A stretch of 64,000 bases of DNA, taken from a virus. The DNA is taken from positions 13,188-77,187 of IMG/VR virus record IMGVR_UViG_3300040801_001687; one strand, 5' to 3'. This document shows positions 41,126-50,634 of this stretch, piece after piece. The first letter of the stretch is position 1. The number at the start of each line of letters is the position of its first letter. The notes under the pieces were generated by a model. It worked only from the letters and a program-made list of their open reading frames with translations, searched no databases and had not been told where the DNA came from. A program made the position numbers and the translations under genes.

Positions 41126-41737
41126 ATGAAAATTGCATTTACAGGGAGTTCAGGCTCAGGAAAGACTACACTTGCTACTTGGTTAGCAGAGGAGAAAGAT
41201 TTAACATTTATACCAGGTTCATCAGGTGGATTGAAAACTGATGAGGATAGAAAGTTTTTAAAAGAAAATTTTGGATTTGAAGGGGGTAAAGGCCATGCAA
41301 ATGTTATACAACAATCTCATATTAACCCCGAATTGGGTTACTATATCCAATCTACAGTACGTAGAAGAAGGGCTGAATTAATTAGAAACAACGATGATTT
41401 TGTAACTGACAGAAGCCCTTTAGATAATTGGGTATACTTTATATTACAAGCATCTACTTATCAGAGCCAAGAGAATTGTAATAACTTTCTTGTAAAGGTT
41501 ACAGAGATGTTTAAAGATTTGGATGCAGTTATATATGTACCTTCAATGTTTTCTAATATTGAAAACAACGGTTCAAGAGTTTCCAATGTATATTTTCAAC
41601 AAGCAGTAGATGCTTATTTTGAATTATGCTTTAGAAATTTCCAAAGAAGTTTAGCTGCTGACTATGGTACTAAATTTTTAAGGATTCCTATGGTAGACCT
41701 TCAGTTAAGAAAGGATTATATCATTAATAACCTTTAA
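41126..41737 (+). CDS. P-loop nucleoside-monophosphate kinase-like protein
   Basis: GSSGSGKTT and VTDRSPLD motifs. Confidence 0.75.
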   Translation: MKIAFTGSSGSGKTTLATWLAEEKDLTFIPGSSGGLKTDEDRKFLKENFGFEGGKGHANVIQQSHINPELGYYIQSTVRRRRAELIRNNDDFVTDRSPLDNWVYFILQASTYQSQENCNNFLVKVTEMFKDLDAVIYVPSMFSNIENNGSRVSNVYFQQAVDAYFELCFRNFQRSLAADYGTKFLRIPMVDLQLRKDYIINNL

Positions 41738-41751
41738 TACTATTATCCGAT

Positions 41752-42192
41752 ATGGGAAAATTATCAAAATACTCATCAAAATCCTCTATAATGGATGTTA
41801 AAATCAAGTACGGTAAGGAAGTATTTGAATTTAACCTTAATGATGAGTTAAAGATTTCGGATTCTAATAGGGATAATGAGATTAGAAACCATCCAAGAAG
41901 TTATGCTTTTCTATGTATGTTAAGTGTAAAACTTAAAACTATAGTAAAGGAACTTCACCAAGAATCTAAAAGGGTTTATGCTAAAAGGATGGCTTATCTT
42001 AGAGAAAAGGCTCCTTCAGTTAAAGAAGCTGAAATAAAAATAAGGTATGATAAAAAATACCTTAAGGCTTTAGATGATGTAACTAATGCTGAAGAGTTAA
42101 AGGATATAGTTGATGTATCAGTAAGGGCCTTTGAAGAAAGGAAAGATTTATTACAAACTTTATCTGCAAATACACGAAGAGAAAATAAATAA
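41752..42192 (+). CDS. Recombination mediator (UvsY-like)
   Basis: Helical 146 aa ending AFEERKDLLQTLSANTR; next to SSB and RecA. Confidence 0.6.
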   Translation: MGKLSKYSSKSSIMDVKIKYGKEVFEFNLNDELKISDSNRDNEIRNHPRSYAFLCMLSVKLKTIVKELHQESKRVYAKRMAYLREKAPSVKEAEIKIRYDKKYLKALDDVTNAEELKDIVDVSVRAFEERKDLLQTLSANTRRENK

Positions 42193-42213
42193 ACAATTTA
42201 AATTTCAAATTTT

Positions 42214-42969
42214 ATGCCAACTAAAGAACAGATTAAAAAATTAAAAGCTAGAAAGAAAAAGCTTAAAGAGAAATCAGAAGGTGGAGCATTTATATTCTTC
42301 AAAGCTGATGAGACTCAGAGGTTAAGAGTTCTTCCAGTGCCGGAAGATGAGGAGTTTGGTTTAGAAATAATCCAATTCTATTTAGGTAATGATATTAAAG
42401 GGGTTATTTCACCTGCTACTTTTGGAGAGCCTTGTGCAATAATGGAAACCTTTGAAAAATTAAATGCTGGAGATGAGGACGATAAAGAGTTAGCTGCTAC
42501 ATTTAAACCTAAATCTAAATACGTAATTCCAGTTGTAAAGTATAAAGATATAAAAGGAAAAGAGGTTGACCATCAAATAGGGGAAAGGTTAGCAATGCTT
42601 ACATCGGGTCAATACCAAGACCTAGTAGATTACTTTTTAGATGAGGAGAAGGGGGACTTCACTAACCCAAAAACGGGTTATGATATTAAATTTAGTAGAA
42701 CGGGGTCAGGTCAATTTGATACTGAATATTCTACAATGGATTGTAAACCTACTAAATTGGATAAAAAATACATTAAGAAGATTTATGACCCCGAAGAGAT
42801 GCTCAGAAAAGAGATGCCTTCATATGAAGATACCGAAGAGCTTATAAATAAATTCTTAGGGTTAGATGATGAAGATGAATCACTAAAGAAGAAGAAAAAG
42901 AAGAAGTCTAGTAAGAAAACTTCTACTAAAAAGAAATCTTCTAAGAAAAAGAAAAAATCTGACTTATGA
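42214..42969 (+). CDS. Single-stranded DNA-binding protein (gp32-like)
   Basis: LRVLP, PCAI and DFTNPKTGYDIKFSRTGSG..DTEY motifs. Confidence 0.75.
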   Translation: MPTKEQIKKLKARKKKLKEKSEGGAFIFFKADETQRLRVLPVPEDEEFGLEIIQFYLGNDIKGVISPATFGEPCAIMETFEKLNAGDEDDKELAATFKPKSKYVIPVVKYKDIKGKEVDHQIGERLAMLTSGQYQDLVDYFLDEEKGDFTNPKTGYDIKFSRTGSGQFDTEYSTMDCKPTKLDKKYIKKIYDPEEMLRKEMPSYEDTEELINKFLGLDDEDESLKKKKKKKSSKKTSTKKKSSKKKKKSDL

Positions 42970-44096
42970 GTTCAAAAGGTATAAAATTACTTTCTGACTC
43001 AGCTATTAGGAAAAAATACCCTAACTCTTATAGAGCGGATACCATTATATCAGAGGAGGAAACTATATGGCTACCCTCAAGTTGTTTACCATTAAATAAT
43101 CAACTTGGGGGTGGCATCCCTTACGGAAAAATCCTTGAGTTGTTTGGTTATGAGTCTACTGGGAAATCAATTCTAGCTTTAGATTTTGCTAAATCTACAC
43201 AGAAGCTTGGGGGTATAGTTCTTTGGGATGATGCAGAAGGGGCTTTCACTAAATATTGGGCTGAAGCTAATGGAGTAGACCCAAGTATGGTAGAAGTTTA
43301 TCCTGAAAATGATGTAGAAGGTTATTCCGATTGGCAAAGGGATATGATTATTTATCACAGAGCTAAGTTAACTAACAATGAACCCATATTATTAGTATGT
43401 GATTCTATTGCTGCTCTTGAATGCCTTGCTAATATAGATGCTACTCAAACAGATTCTAAAGCTGAAATGGGTAATAGAGCAAAGGCTATATATAAGATGT
43501 ATAGAATTAGAAATAACCTTTATGCTAAATATGGGGTATGTGTTATAATGATTAACCAGGTTAGAGATAAGGTAGGGGCTTCAATGTTTGAAGCAGCAAC
43601 TACTACACCAGGGGGTCAGTCTACTAAATTCTATGCTTCACAAAGAGTAGGTTTATCAGGCTCTTCAATGATTAAAGGTAGATTAGTTAAAGGAGAGTTT
43701 AAAGAGGATAAAACTAAAGGTCACAGAATAGGTAGAAACATATATGTGAAGATTGATAAAAATAAGGTAGCCCCACCTAGGGATAATATTAAAACCCAAG
43801 TATACTTTACAAATGAAAGGTATGGGTATGTGGGTTATTCAAGATATCATGGGTTAGCTGATATCCTAGTAGAAAAAGGAAAACTTAAAAAGAAGGGTTC
43901 TTATTATAAATTGGATGGAGAGAGTATAGCTCAAGGTGAGGACCAATTTATTAACCTAATGATGGAAGATAAAGACTTTAGAAAGAGGATGATTAAAGCT
44001 TCTGGTATAAATACTATATCCAAAACAAGAAAAGTTATTAATTCAATTTCTAATAATCTTTATCCGGTAAAACTTAAAGGAGGGGAAGATGAGTAG
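42966..44096 (+). CDS. recA: RecA/UvsX recombinase
   Basis: GGGIPYG..ELFGYESTGKS, DSIAAL, INQVR, TPGG...KFYAS and KNKVAPP motifs. Confidence 0.95.
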   Translation: MSSKGIKLLSDSAIRKKYPNSYRADTIISEEETIWLPSSCLPLNNQLGGGIPYGKILELFGYESTGKSILALDFAKSTQKLGGIVLWDDAEGAFTKYWAEANGVDPSMVEVYPENDVEGYSDWQRDMIIYHRAKLTNNEPILLVCDSIAALECLANIDATQTDSKAEMGNRAKAIYKMYRIRNNLYAKYGVCVIMINQVRDKVGASMFEAATTTPGGQSTKFYASQRVGLSGSSMIKGRLVKGEFKEDKTKGHRIGRNIYVKIDKNKVAPPRDNIKTQVYFTNERYGYVGYSRYHGLADILVEKGKLKKKGSYYKLDGESIAQGEDQFINLMMEDKDFRKRMIKASGINTISKTRKVINSISNNLYPVKLKGGEDE

Positions 44097-44991
44097 GTTA
44101 TTATTAATAGATTCTAACAATAGATGTTGGGCCTCATATCATGCATATAGTAGGCTTTCATATAAAGGTGAATCAGTTTCTATACTATATGGGTTGCCTT
44201 CGATTGTTAGTTCTACTATTAAAAAACTTAATGCTGATAAAACTATAATGGTTTGGGATGGTAAACATGATTCGGAAAGAGTAAAAATACACCCGAATTA
44301 TAAAGAGAGGGATAAAAAGAGTTTAGTGGATTATGAAAGCTTTATGGAGCAAAAGTCTACAGTATACTCTATGGTTAGGTTTTTAGGAATACCCCAAGCC
44401 CTTAACGCTACGATGGAAGCTGATGATTTAATTTATTCTTTGGTTAGAAAAAACCTTAAGAAGTATGATGAGATAACTATTGTATCGGGTGATAAGGATT
44501 TTAACCAATTAGTAAGACCCTATTCTAAAAAGAAGGGTACTGCTGCAGTTAATATTTTTAATGACTCCAAGAAGTTAACTCTTGACCATAAAAATATGGA
44601 AACCCAATTTGGTTACACTCCTAAACAGACGGTGGATTATCTTTCATTAGTAGGTGATAAATCGGATAACATACCGGGGTATCCAGGTATAGGTGATAAA
44701 AGGGCTAGAGATTTGTTATCAAAATATGGGAGTGTAGCGGGATTCTTGAAATCAAGTGATTCTCACAATCAAATTAATAAGGAGAAGCTACTAGAAGTCA
44801 TGGAGATTAATCGTATACTGATTGATTTAAGATACTTCCATAAGACTTTTATAAAAGGGAATCCAAAAAAGAAAATAAAGTGGATAAACAATGAAGAGAA
44901 CCCCGAAAAGGATATAAAGAAATTTAAAAAATTATGTGCTAAGTATGGGATGAAAAAATTAATGGGTAAATCATTTTTAAATACATTTTAA
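44089..44991 (+). CDS. 5'-3' exonuclease / flap endonuclease
   Basis: LLID, EADD, SGDKDFNQ and GDKSDNIPG.PGIG.K motifs. Confidence 0.93.
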   Translation: MSRLLLIDSNNRCWASYHAYSRLSYKGESVSILYGLPSIVSSTIKKLNADKTIMVWDGKHDSERVKIHPNYKERDKKSLVDYESFMEQKSTVYSMVRFLGIPQALNATMEADDLIYSLVRKNLKKYDEITIVSGDKDFNQLVRPYSKKKGTAAVNIFNDSKKLTLDHKNMETQFGYTPKQTVDYLSLVGDKSDNIPGYPGIGDKRARDLLSKYGSVAGFLKSSDSHNQINKEKLLEVMEINRILIDLRYFHKTFIKGNPKKKIKWINNEENPEKDIKKFKKLCAKYGMKKLMGKSFLNTF

Positions 44992-44992
44992 T

Positions 44993-45484
44993 ATGGGTAA
45001 AAAATATAAAAAATTCAATCCAGTAAAAAAGGTAGCAGAGTTTCATAAGGTATCAGGTAATTCAATATTACCTAAACCAGAAATTCCTAAAGCCGAAAGG
45101 TTAAAACTAAGAGTAATACTTATTCAGGAGGAACTGGATGAATTAAAGGAGGCTATAGAACAAAACGATTTTGTTGAGATGGCTGATGCTCTTACAGATA
45201 TTCTTTATGTAACTATAGGTTCTTTCTTAGAGTTAGGGTTAGGGAAGATAACCCATAAGTTATTTAAAGAAGTTCATAGGTCTAATATGACTAAATTTTG
45301 TGATACTGAAGAACAAGCAAAGGCTCAGGTTAATTGGTATATGCAGAATAAAGGTATAGTTGCTGACTACTATGAGAAAGGGGGTAAGTGGATTCTATTT
45401 AACACTGCCACTGAAAAAACAATAAAGAGGCGGGACTATTCACGACCTGATTTAAAATCAATAATTCAAAAGGCCTCTAAATAA
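44993..45484 (+). CDS. MazG-like / PRA-PH NTP pyrophosphohydrolase
   Basis: LIQEELDEL, EMADALTDILYV and EVHRSNMTK motifs. Confidence 0.88.
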   Translation: MGKKYKKFNPVKKVAEFHKVSGNSILPKPEIPKAERLKLRVILIQEELDELKEAIEQNDFVEMADALTDILYVTIGSFLELGLGKITHKLFKEVHRSNMTKFCDTEEQAKAQVNWYMQNKGIVADYYEKGGKWILFNTATEKTIKRRDYSRPDLKSIIQKASK

Positions 45485-45496
45485 GAGGCTTTTTTT
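45468..45496 (+). terminator. Rho-independent terminator
   Basis: GCCTCT-aaata-AGAGGC plus T7. Confidence 0.75.
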
Positions 45497-45515
45497 ATCA
45501 CTTAAGTAGTCTACC

Positions 45516-46481
45516 ATGAAAAAGAAAGTAATATTTATAGCATTTTCAGATATACAAATAGAAGATTGGAAACAATATTCCAAAGACCACTCAAGGCTTT
45601 ATGATAATGAGAAGATACTTAAAAAGATATACGAGAAGGCCGAAAAATATAAATGTCCTGTTCTATTTGGGGGTGATTTGTTTGATAATCCTTATGGCCT
45701 ATCTAACAGAGTCCTTAATGAGATGGCCAAATGGTTTAAGAAATTTAAAAGGCCGATTTATGCAATATCTGGAAACCATGACCAACAAGAGAAAAATACC
45801 TTAACTAATAAAAGCCCCACCTATATGGATTTCATGTCCATAGCTTTTGATAATTTTGTAAACTTAGATAATGGGTATCACCTATTTGCTAAAAATGAAA
45901 CTATTGTTGCTGGTATACCATATTATGCCTCCTCTAAAGATTTAATTGAGGCTATAAAGACAATGAATAAGAAATTAAAAAGAAGGCCAGAAAGAAAGAT
46001 TCTCCTATTACATACACATTTACCTGGTGCTAAAGAACCTTCTGGCCTACAATTGGAATCAGATTTACCCTCCACAATATATAGACATCTAAAAGGTTAT
46101 GATTTAGTTTTATCGGGTCACATTCATAAACCCCAAAAGATATTTAAGAACACGTTAAATATGGGAGCTACCCATAACCAAAGGACTTCAGATGAAGGGT
46201 GTAAAATGGGTTTTTGGTTAATTTATGATGATTTAACTTATAAGTTTATAGATGCTAAGGCCCCAATGTTTAAATATATAGAAGAAGATGAAGAACCCGA
46301 AGATGATTACAATTTCTATATTAGGGTATCGAAAGAAGAGGAGTATGAGGAAACAGAAGAGGTATCGGTTAATTTTAAACCAAATTCAAAACCGGAAACT
46401 CTTGCAAAAGAATACCTCAAAGCCAAAAATATAAAATCAAAGGCTAAATTAAAAACACTTAAAAAATATCTAAAACTATGA
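45516..46481 (+). CDS. sbcD: SbcD/Mre11-like metallophosphoesterase nuclease
   Basis: FSDIQ, GGDLFD, GNHD and GHIH motifs. Confidence 0.9.
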   Translation: MKKKVIFIAFSDIQIEDWKQYSKDHSRLYDNEKILKKIYEKAEKYKCPVLFGGDLFDNPYGLSNRVLNEMAKWFKKFKRPIYAISGNHDQQEKNTLTNKSPTYMDFMSIAFDNFVNLDNGYHLFAKNETIVAGIPYYASSKDLIEAIKTMNKKLKRRPERKILLLHTHLPGAKEPSGLQLESDLPSTIYRHLKGYDLVLSGHIHKPQKIFKNTLNMGATHNQRTSDEGCKMGFWLIYDDLTYKFIDAKAPMFKYIEEDEEPEDDYNFYIRVSKEEEYEETEEVSVNFKPNSKPETLAKEYLKAKNIKSKAKLKTLKKYLKL

Positions 46482-48346
46482 TAAAGTTTAAAGAGATAGA
46501 AGTTATCGGGTTTGGTTCAATCAAAGGACCTTTTAAATACCGATTAGATAAAAAGGGAATCAATATTATATCAGGTAAAAATGGTTCGGGAAAGACTACT
46601 TGGTTATCAGCTTTTTCATGGTGCTTATTTGGAAAAACTTTAAAAGGAGGCTCATCCATTACCATGTGGGAGCACCTAAGAGATAAGGGTTATAAAGGAG
46701 CTAAGGTAACTAATACTTTCCAGGCCAATGGAAAAGAGTGTATAGTTATTAGGTGTAAAGATTATAAAGGAAAAATAGAGAATATAAAAGGAGCCTCTAA
46801 GTTATTTCTTTACATTGATGGAAAATACCAAGAGAAGTTAAGAAATGTTAAAGATGTACAAGATAAAATAATAGAGTTACTGGGTATGAGTTTTAAATTA
46901 TTTAAGAACTCTATTTTATTTGGTCAAAAGGTTACTAGGTTATTATCTGAAAAAGGTGATGAGCAAAAAAGGATATTTGATGAGGCATTTGCTACTGGAT
47001 TTATTAATCAGGCTAAAATAGATGCTAAAAATGAATTGGATAAACTATACTCTGAAAGCTCTTCATTGGCTGTAGAAGTGAATCAATTAGAGGATAAACT
47101 TTCTGAACTAAATAATAAGGAAGAGGAGCTAAGAGAACTCCAAAAGAATTTTACTATAGAGAAACAGGAAAACCTTAAATCTATAAGAGAAGAAATAAAA
47201 ACCAAGAAAGAAAAAATAAAAGAGGTAAAAAATCAAATAAAAGAAAAGAAAGAATTTAAGGCTAAAAGAGTAGAAGTAGAAAATAAATTAATAGAACTTT
47301 TTAAAAAAATTGATAGCCTTAAAGATGAAGAAAATGAACACTTTAAATTAGACCTACATATTGATGGCCAAAAATCTGAAATAGAATCATTAATGGTTAA
47401 ATTAAAAAAGGAGCAGGCCAAATCTTTAAATAAGGTTAAGAAATGTGATAAGTGTGGCTCTGTATTAAATAAAGAGCAGGCCAAAAAACAAAAGAAAGAA
47501 ACTCAAAAAAATATTAAAGATTATAAAAAAGAAATAGAAACTTTACAATCCAAGTTAAATGGGGATGAGTTAAGGCTATCAGAGTTACAATCTAGTATAG
47601 ATAATTTAGAATCACTAAAGAAAGAGAAGAGAGATTTATCCAATAAACTAGATAATGTAAATAGGCATATAGATAAACTACCTTCTAAAGATTATCTTAA
47701 ATCTTTAAAAGAAGATTTATCAAACACCAAAGAGAGGTTAAAATTAGAAAAGGGAAGAGAGTTTAGCTATGATTTCACTAAATTACATAAAGAAAGGGAT
47801 GTTATAAAAAACAAACTTAAAAAATTAGAACCCGATGTTAAAAAACTTGATAAAAAAATAAAGGTACATGAATGGGTAATATCTGATGCATTGTCTAATA
47901 AGGGTCTAAAGGCATATATATTTAAAAATATGATTACTAATATAAATAAAATGCTACGATACTATGACAGACATTTGGGTTTTCAGGTTAAATTTGAAAT
48001 AGACCTAGATTCAGGTAATAAATCATTTGGAGCATCCATTTATAAAGAAGGGGGTCAAGTTAGTTATGATGATTTATCAGGTGGCCAACAACAATTAGTA
48101 GATGTATCATTAGCATTTGCAGTGAATGATGTATATAATGAGGTTAATCCAGTTAATATATTGGGTTTAGATGAATTATTTGAATCATTGGATGAATCTA
48201 ATATTGCCATAGTTTCAGATATACTCTACAAAAAATCTCAAAATTTAGCTATACACCTTATCACACATAGAAAGGAATTTATATCTTCAAGAGTGGTTAA
48301 TAAAATCGAAATGGTTAATAGCAGTGGTATATCCAGTGTTGTCTAA
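46478..48346 (+). CDS. sbcC: SbcC/Rad50-like ATPase
   Basis: GKNGSGKT, coiled coil with CDKC hook, LSGGQ, LDE and ITH. Confidence 0.92.
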   Translation: MIKFKEIEVIGFGSIKGPFKYRLDKKGINIISGKNGSGKTTWLSAFSWCLFGKTLKGGSSITMWEHLRDKGYKGAKVTNTFQANGKECIVIRCKDYKGKIENIKGASKLFLYIDGKYQEKLRNVKDVQDKIIELLGMSFKLFKNSILFGQKVTRLLSEKGDEQKRIFDEAFATGFINQAKIDAKNELDKLYSESSSLAVEVNQLEDKLSELNNKEEELRELQKNFTIEKQENLKSIREEIKTKKEKIKEVKNQIKEKKEFKAKRVEVENKLIELFKKIDSLKDEENEHFKLDLHIDGQKSEIESLMVKLKKEQAKSLNKVKKCDKCGSVLNKEQAKKQKKETQKNIKDYKKEIETLQSKLNGDELRLSELQSSIDNLESLKKEKRDLSNKLDNVNRHIDKLPSKDYLKSLKEDLSNTKERLKLEKGREFSYDFTKLHKERDVIKNKLKKLEPDVKKLDKKIKVHEWVISDALSNKGLKAYIFKNMITNINKMLRYYDRHLGFQVKFEIDLDSGNKSFGASIYKEGGQVSYDDLSGGQQQLVDVSLAFAVNDVYNEVNPVNILGLDELFESLDESNIAIVSDILYKKSQNLAIHLITHRKEFISSRVVNKIEMVNSSGISSVV

Positions 48347-48375
48347 TTTGTACTATTAAGTATAAATATAAAACG

Positions 48376-48921
48376 ATGGCGATTAACCAAAGAAGAAAAG
48401 GTAAAAAAGGAGAACAGAAGGCTATAAACTTCTTTAAACAATGGACTGGGATGGATTTTAAAAAATCCCCAGCTTCAGGGGGATTAAGAGGTCACGTTGT
48501 GGAATATACGGTAGGAGATATTATATGCGTAGAAAAGAATTATGTATTTCCTATATCTGTAGAATGTAAATTTTATGCCGATATAAACTTTGCTCATCTC
48601 CTATATGATGTAAATTCTGAAATTTTTAAATATTGGGACCAATGCCTGGAAGATGCAGAGAGAGCTGAAAAATTCCCCTTACTTATGATGAGATATAATC
48701 GCCTTCCCGCTGACTTCTTCTTTATTGTGATGCTTTACAAAGACTACAGGTTATTAAAAGATAAAGGCCTTAGAATAAGGGGTAGAAGGTTTTTAGTTCA
48801 TAACCCCGAAGGAGGAAACCTATTAATAACTAACACAGAAGAACTAGAGAAGTTAAATTGGAAGAGAGTTGAAAAAGTTTTAATGAAAAACCTAAAAAAG
48901 AGATGGCAAAAGAACCGATAG
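48376..48921 (+). CDS. Holliday junction resolvase (PD-(D/E)xK, Hjc-like)
   Basis: KGKKGE, SPASGG, GDI, VECK and WDQC motifs. Confidence 0.8.
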   Translation: MAINQRRKGKKGEQKAINFFKQWTGMDFKKSPASGGLRGHVVEYTVGDIICVEKNYVFPISVECKFYADINFAHLLYDVNSEIFKYWDQCLEDAERAEKFPLLMMRYNRLPADFFFIVMLYKDYRLLKDKGLRIRGRRFLVHNPEGGNLLITNTEELEKLNWKRVEKVLMKNLKKRWQKNR

Positions 48922-49604
48922 TTTGGATATGTGCCTATATATCTTCTAAGTATCTTAACAAATTAAATGCTGATATAAGAAAGCATAAAAAGTATTTGGG
49001 AGTAAGAACTTTTATACCTATTATAAGGGTATTAAAGAAGAGGTATAAAGGTAATGAGTATTTTGAAGATGTACCTTTTTTATTTAATTACGGTTTTTTT
49101 AGAGTTCCCAAATATTTTATAACAAATCCCCATTTTTTGGATGCCATGAAAGAGGATATATCTTGTATATATTCATGGGTATTTGATAGAGCTAGAGAGA
49201 ATAGGGGTGAATTTAAAAAAGGTAATAAATCATATCTTTACAACCCTAAGGGTATATCCATAGTTAGCCAATCTGAATTGTTATTAGTTAAAAGAATGCA
49301 GGGTTATAAATCCATATTTACTAAGAAAGATGTAGATAATTTATATCCAGGTAAAGTGGTTATATTAAAAGGGTATCCATTTGATGATTTAGAAGCAGAG
49401 GTTGTAAAAATACATTCCAAAGCTAAAAAAGTAGAGGTTAGGTTATTGGTATCAAATAATATAAGCAGGGTAACTGTATCTTTTGAAAATATATTTTTTA
49501 CAATGTACCAATCTAATTATATGAACACTCCAATGAAAGAACAGTCATTGGAAGAGTTTAAAGAGAAGTCAGGTAATATAAGTAACCTAATGAGAGATGA
49601 GTAA
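48903..49604 (+). CDS. NusG/RfaH/UpxY-family transcription elongation factor
   Basis: NGN domain (W....., TFIP, PFLFNYGFF) plus KOW domain (PGKVVILKGYPFDDLEAEVVKIHSKAKKVEV). Confidence 0.82.
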   Translation: MAKEPIVWICAYISSKYLNKLNADIRKHKKYLGVRTFIPIIRVLKKRYKGNEYFEDVPFLFNYGFFRVPKYFITNPHFLDAMKEDISCIYSWVFDRARENRGEFKKGNKSYLYNPKGISIVSQSELLLVKRMQGYKSIFTKKDVDNLYPGKVVILKGYPFDDLEAEVVKIHSKAKKVEVRLLVSNNISRVTVSFENIFFTMYQSNYMNTPMKEQSLEEFKEKSGNISNLMRDE

Positions 49605-50589
49605 TATTAATGATAAAGCCTGGAAGTTATTAAGTGAAGATGAGCAATTAGCTGTTACCTTAAAATATGGCCATAATAAGTCTACATGGGAAGCAGGTGA
49701 AATAATGAACAAATCCCATTATAAGTTTTTAGAGATAGAGGCTAGAGGTAAAAAATTTCTTCAGTTATTTACTGAACACTATGAGTTTTATGAAACCTTA
49801 ATACCTCCTTACATTAAAATGGACATTAGAGTAAGAAAATATTTTAGGGCTACTATAGAGAAGAGATTAAAGCCCAAAGAAATAGTAGAGGATTTAGATG
49901 ATACAATTTTCAATATCAAATCCATGAGGGAAGAGCTTATTTCAAAGGAAATAGAGAAGCTAGTGAACTCAAAGAGTGCAGTTGATAAGAACTTAGCAAA
50001 TGTTATACTTGATTTCGATAGATGGAACAATTATAGAATATTACCTTCTGATATTCAAGAACCTTCAGCATTCAAAAGAAGAAACAAAAACAACGATAAA
50101 AATAATATAAAACATTTAACCTCAATGAATACCTTTACTGTTGAGAAGATAGTGGAGAGGTATAAATTTGAGGCCAAGTCCAATAATTCAAAAGAACTAT
50201 TTGTACCTATATTTTCAAGGTTTATAATACCCGAAGAATCTATATTACCTATAAGAAATGATAACGATATTATAAAAGAACTTTCAAAAATAGGTTTCTT
50301 TATATTTACAAATATGGAACATGCCCAAAACCTATATAATTTAATATATAATTATGACATTAACCAGAAAAAAAGTTGTAAGGAAGGTCAGAAGTTTTGG
50401 CCTAAATATAGACTAATAACTAGAAGAGCTATTAATCACAATATGATTAGAAAAAGAATAGCTTCACGTAAATTCTTAGAATCAGCTTTAAAGGATATGG
50501 ATTTAAACTATTTAAACCCCAAGGATAGGGATTCCAATAACCCAAGAAGAAAACGAAGAAAAAATATAGATTTAGGTTTAGATAAATAG
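49597..50589 (+). CDS. Hypothetical regulator with N-terminal sigma-region-4-like HTH
   Basis: AWKLLSEDEQLAVTLKYGHNKSTWEAGEIMNKSH...IEARGKKFL. Confidence 0.55.
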   Translation: MSNINDKAWKLLSEDEQLAVTLKYGHNKSTWEAGEIMNKSHYKFLEIEARGKKFLQLFTEHYEFYETLIPPYIKMDIRVRKYFRATIEKRLKPKEIVEDLDDTIFNIKSMREELISKEIEKLVNSKSAVDKNLANVILDFDRWNNYRILPSDIQEPSAFKRRNKNNDKNNIKHLTSMNTFTVEKIVERYKFEAKSNNSKELFVPIFSRFIIPEESILPIRNDNDIIKELSKIGFFIFTNMEHAQNLYNLIYNYDINQKKSCKEGQKFWPKYRLITRRAINHNMIRKRIASRKFLESALKDMDLNYLNPKDRDSNNPRRKRRKNIDLGLDK

Positions 50590-50627
50590 AAAAATTATAT
50601 CTATATTTGGATAAATCAAATAATCAA
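50577..50627 (+). promoter_or_regulatory. Bacteroidota-type early promoter with conserved leader
   Basis: TATATTTG at 50602-50609 followed by GATAAATCAAATAATCAA. Confidence 0.7.
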
Positions 50628-50634
50628 TATTCCA

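Noticed and set aside
30903-48346. Inteins, introns or homing endonucleases in helicase, PolA or RecA
   Set aside because: Normal lengths with contiguous motifs; no HNH, GIY-YIG or LAGLIDADG signature noticed.
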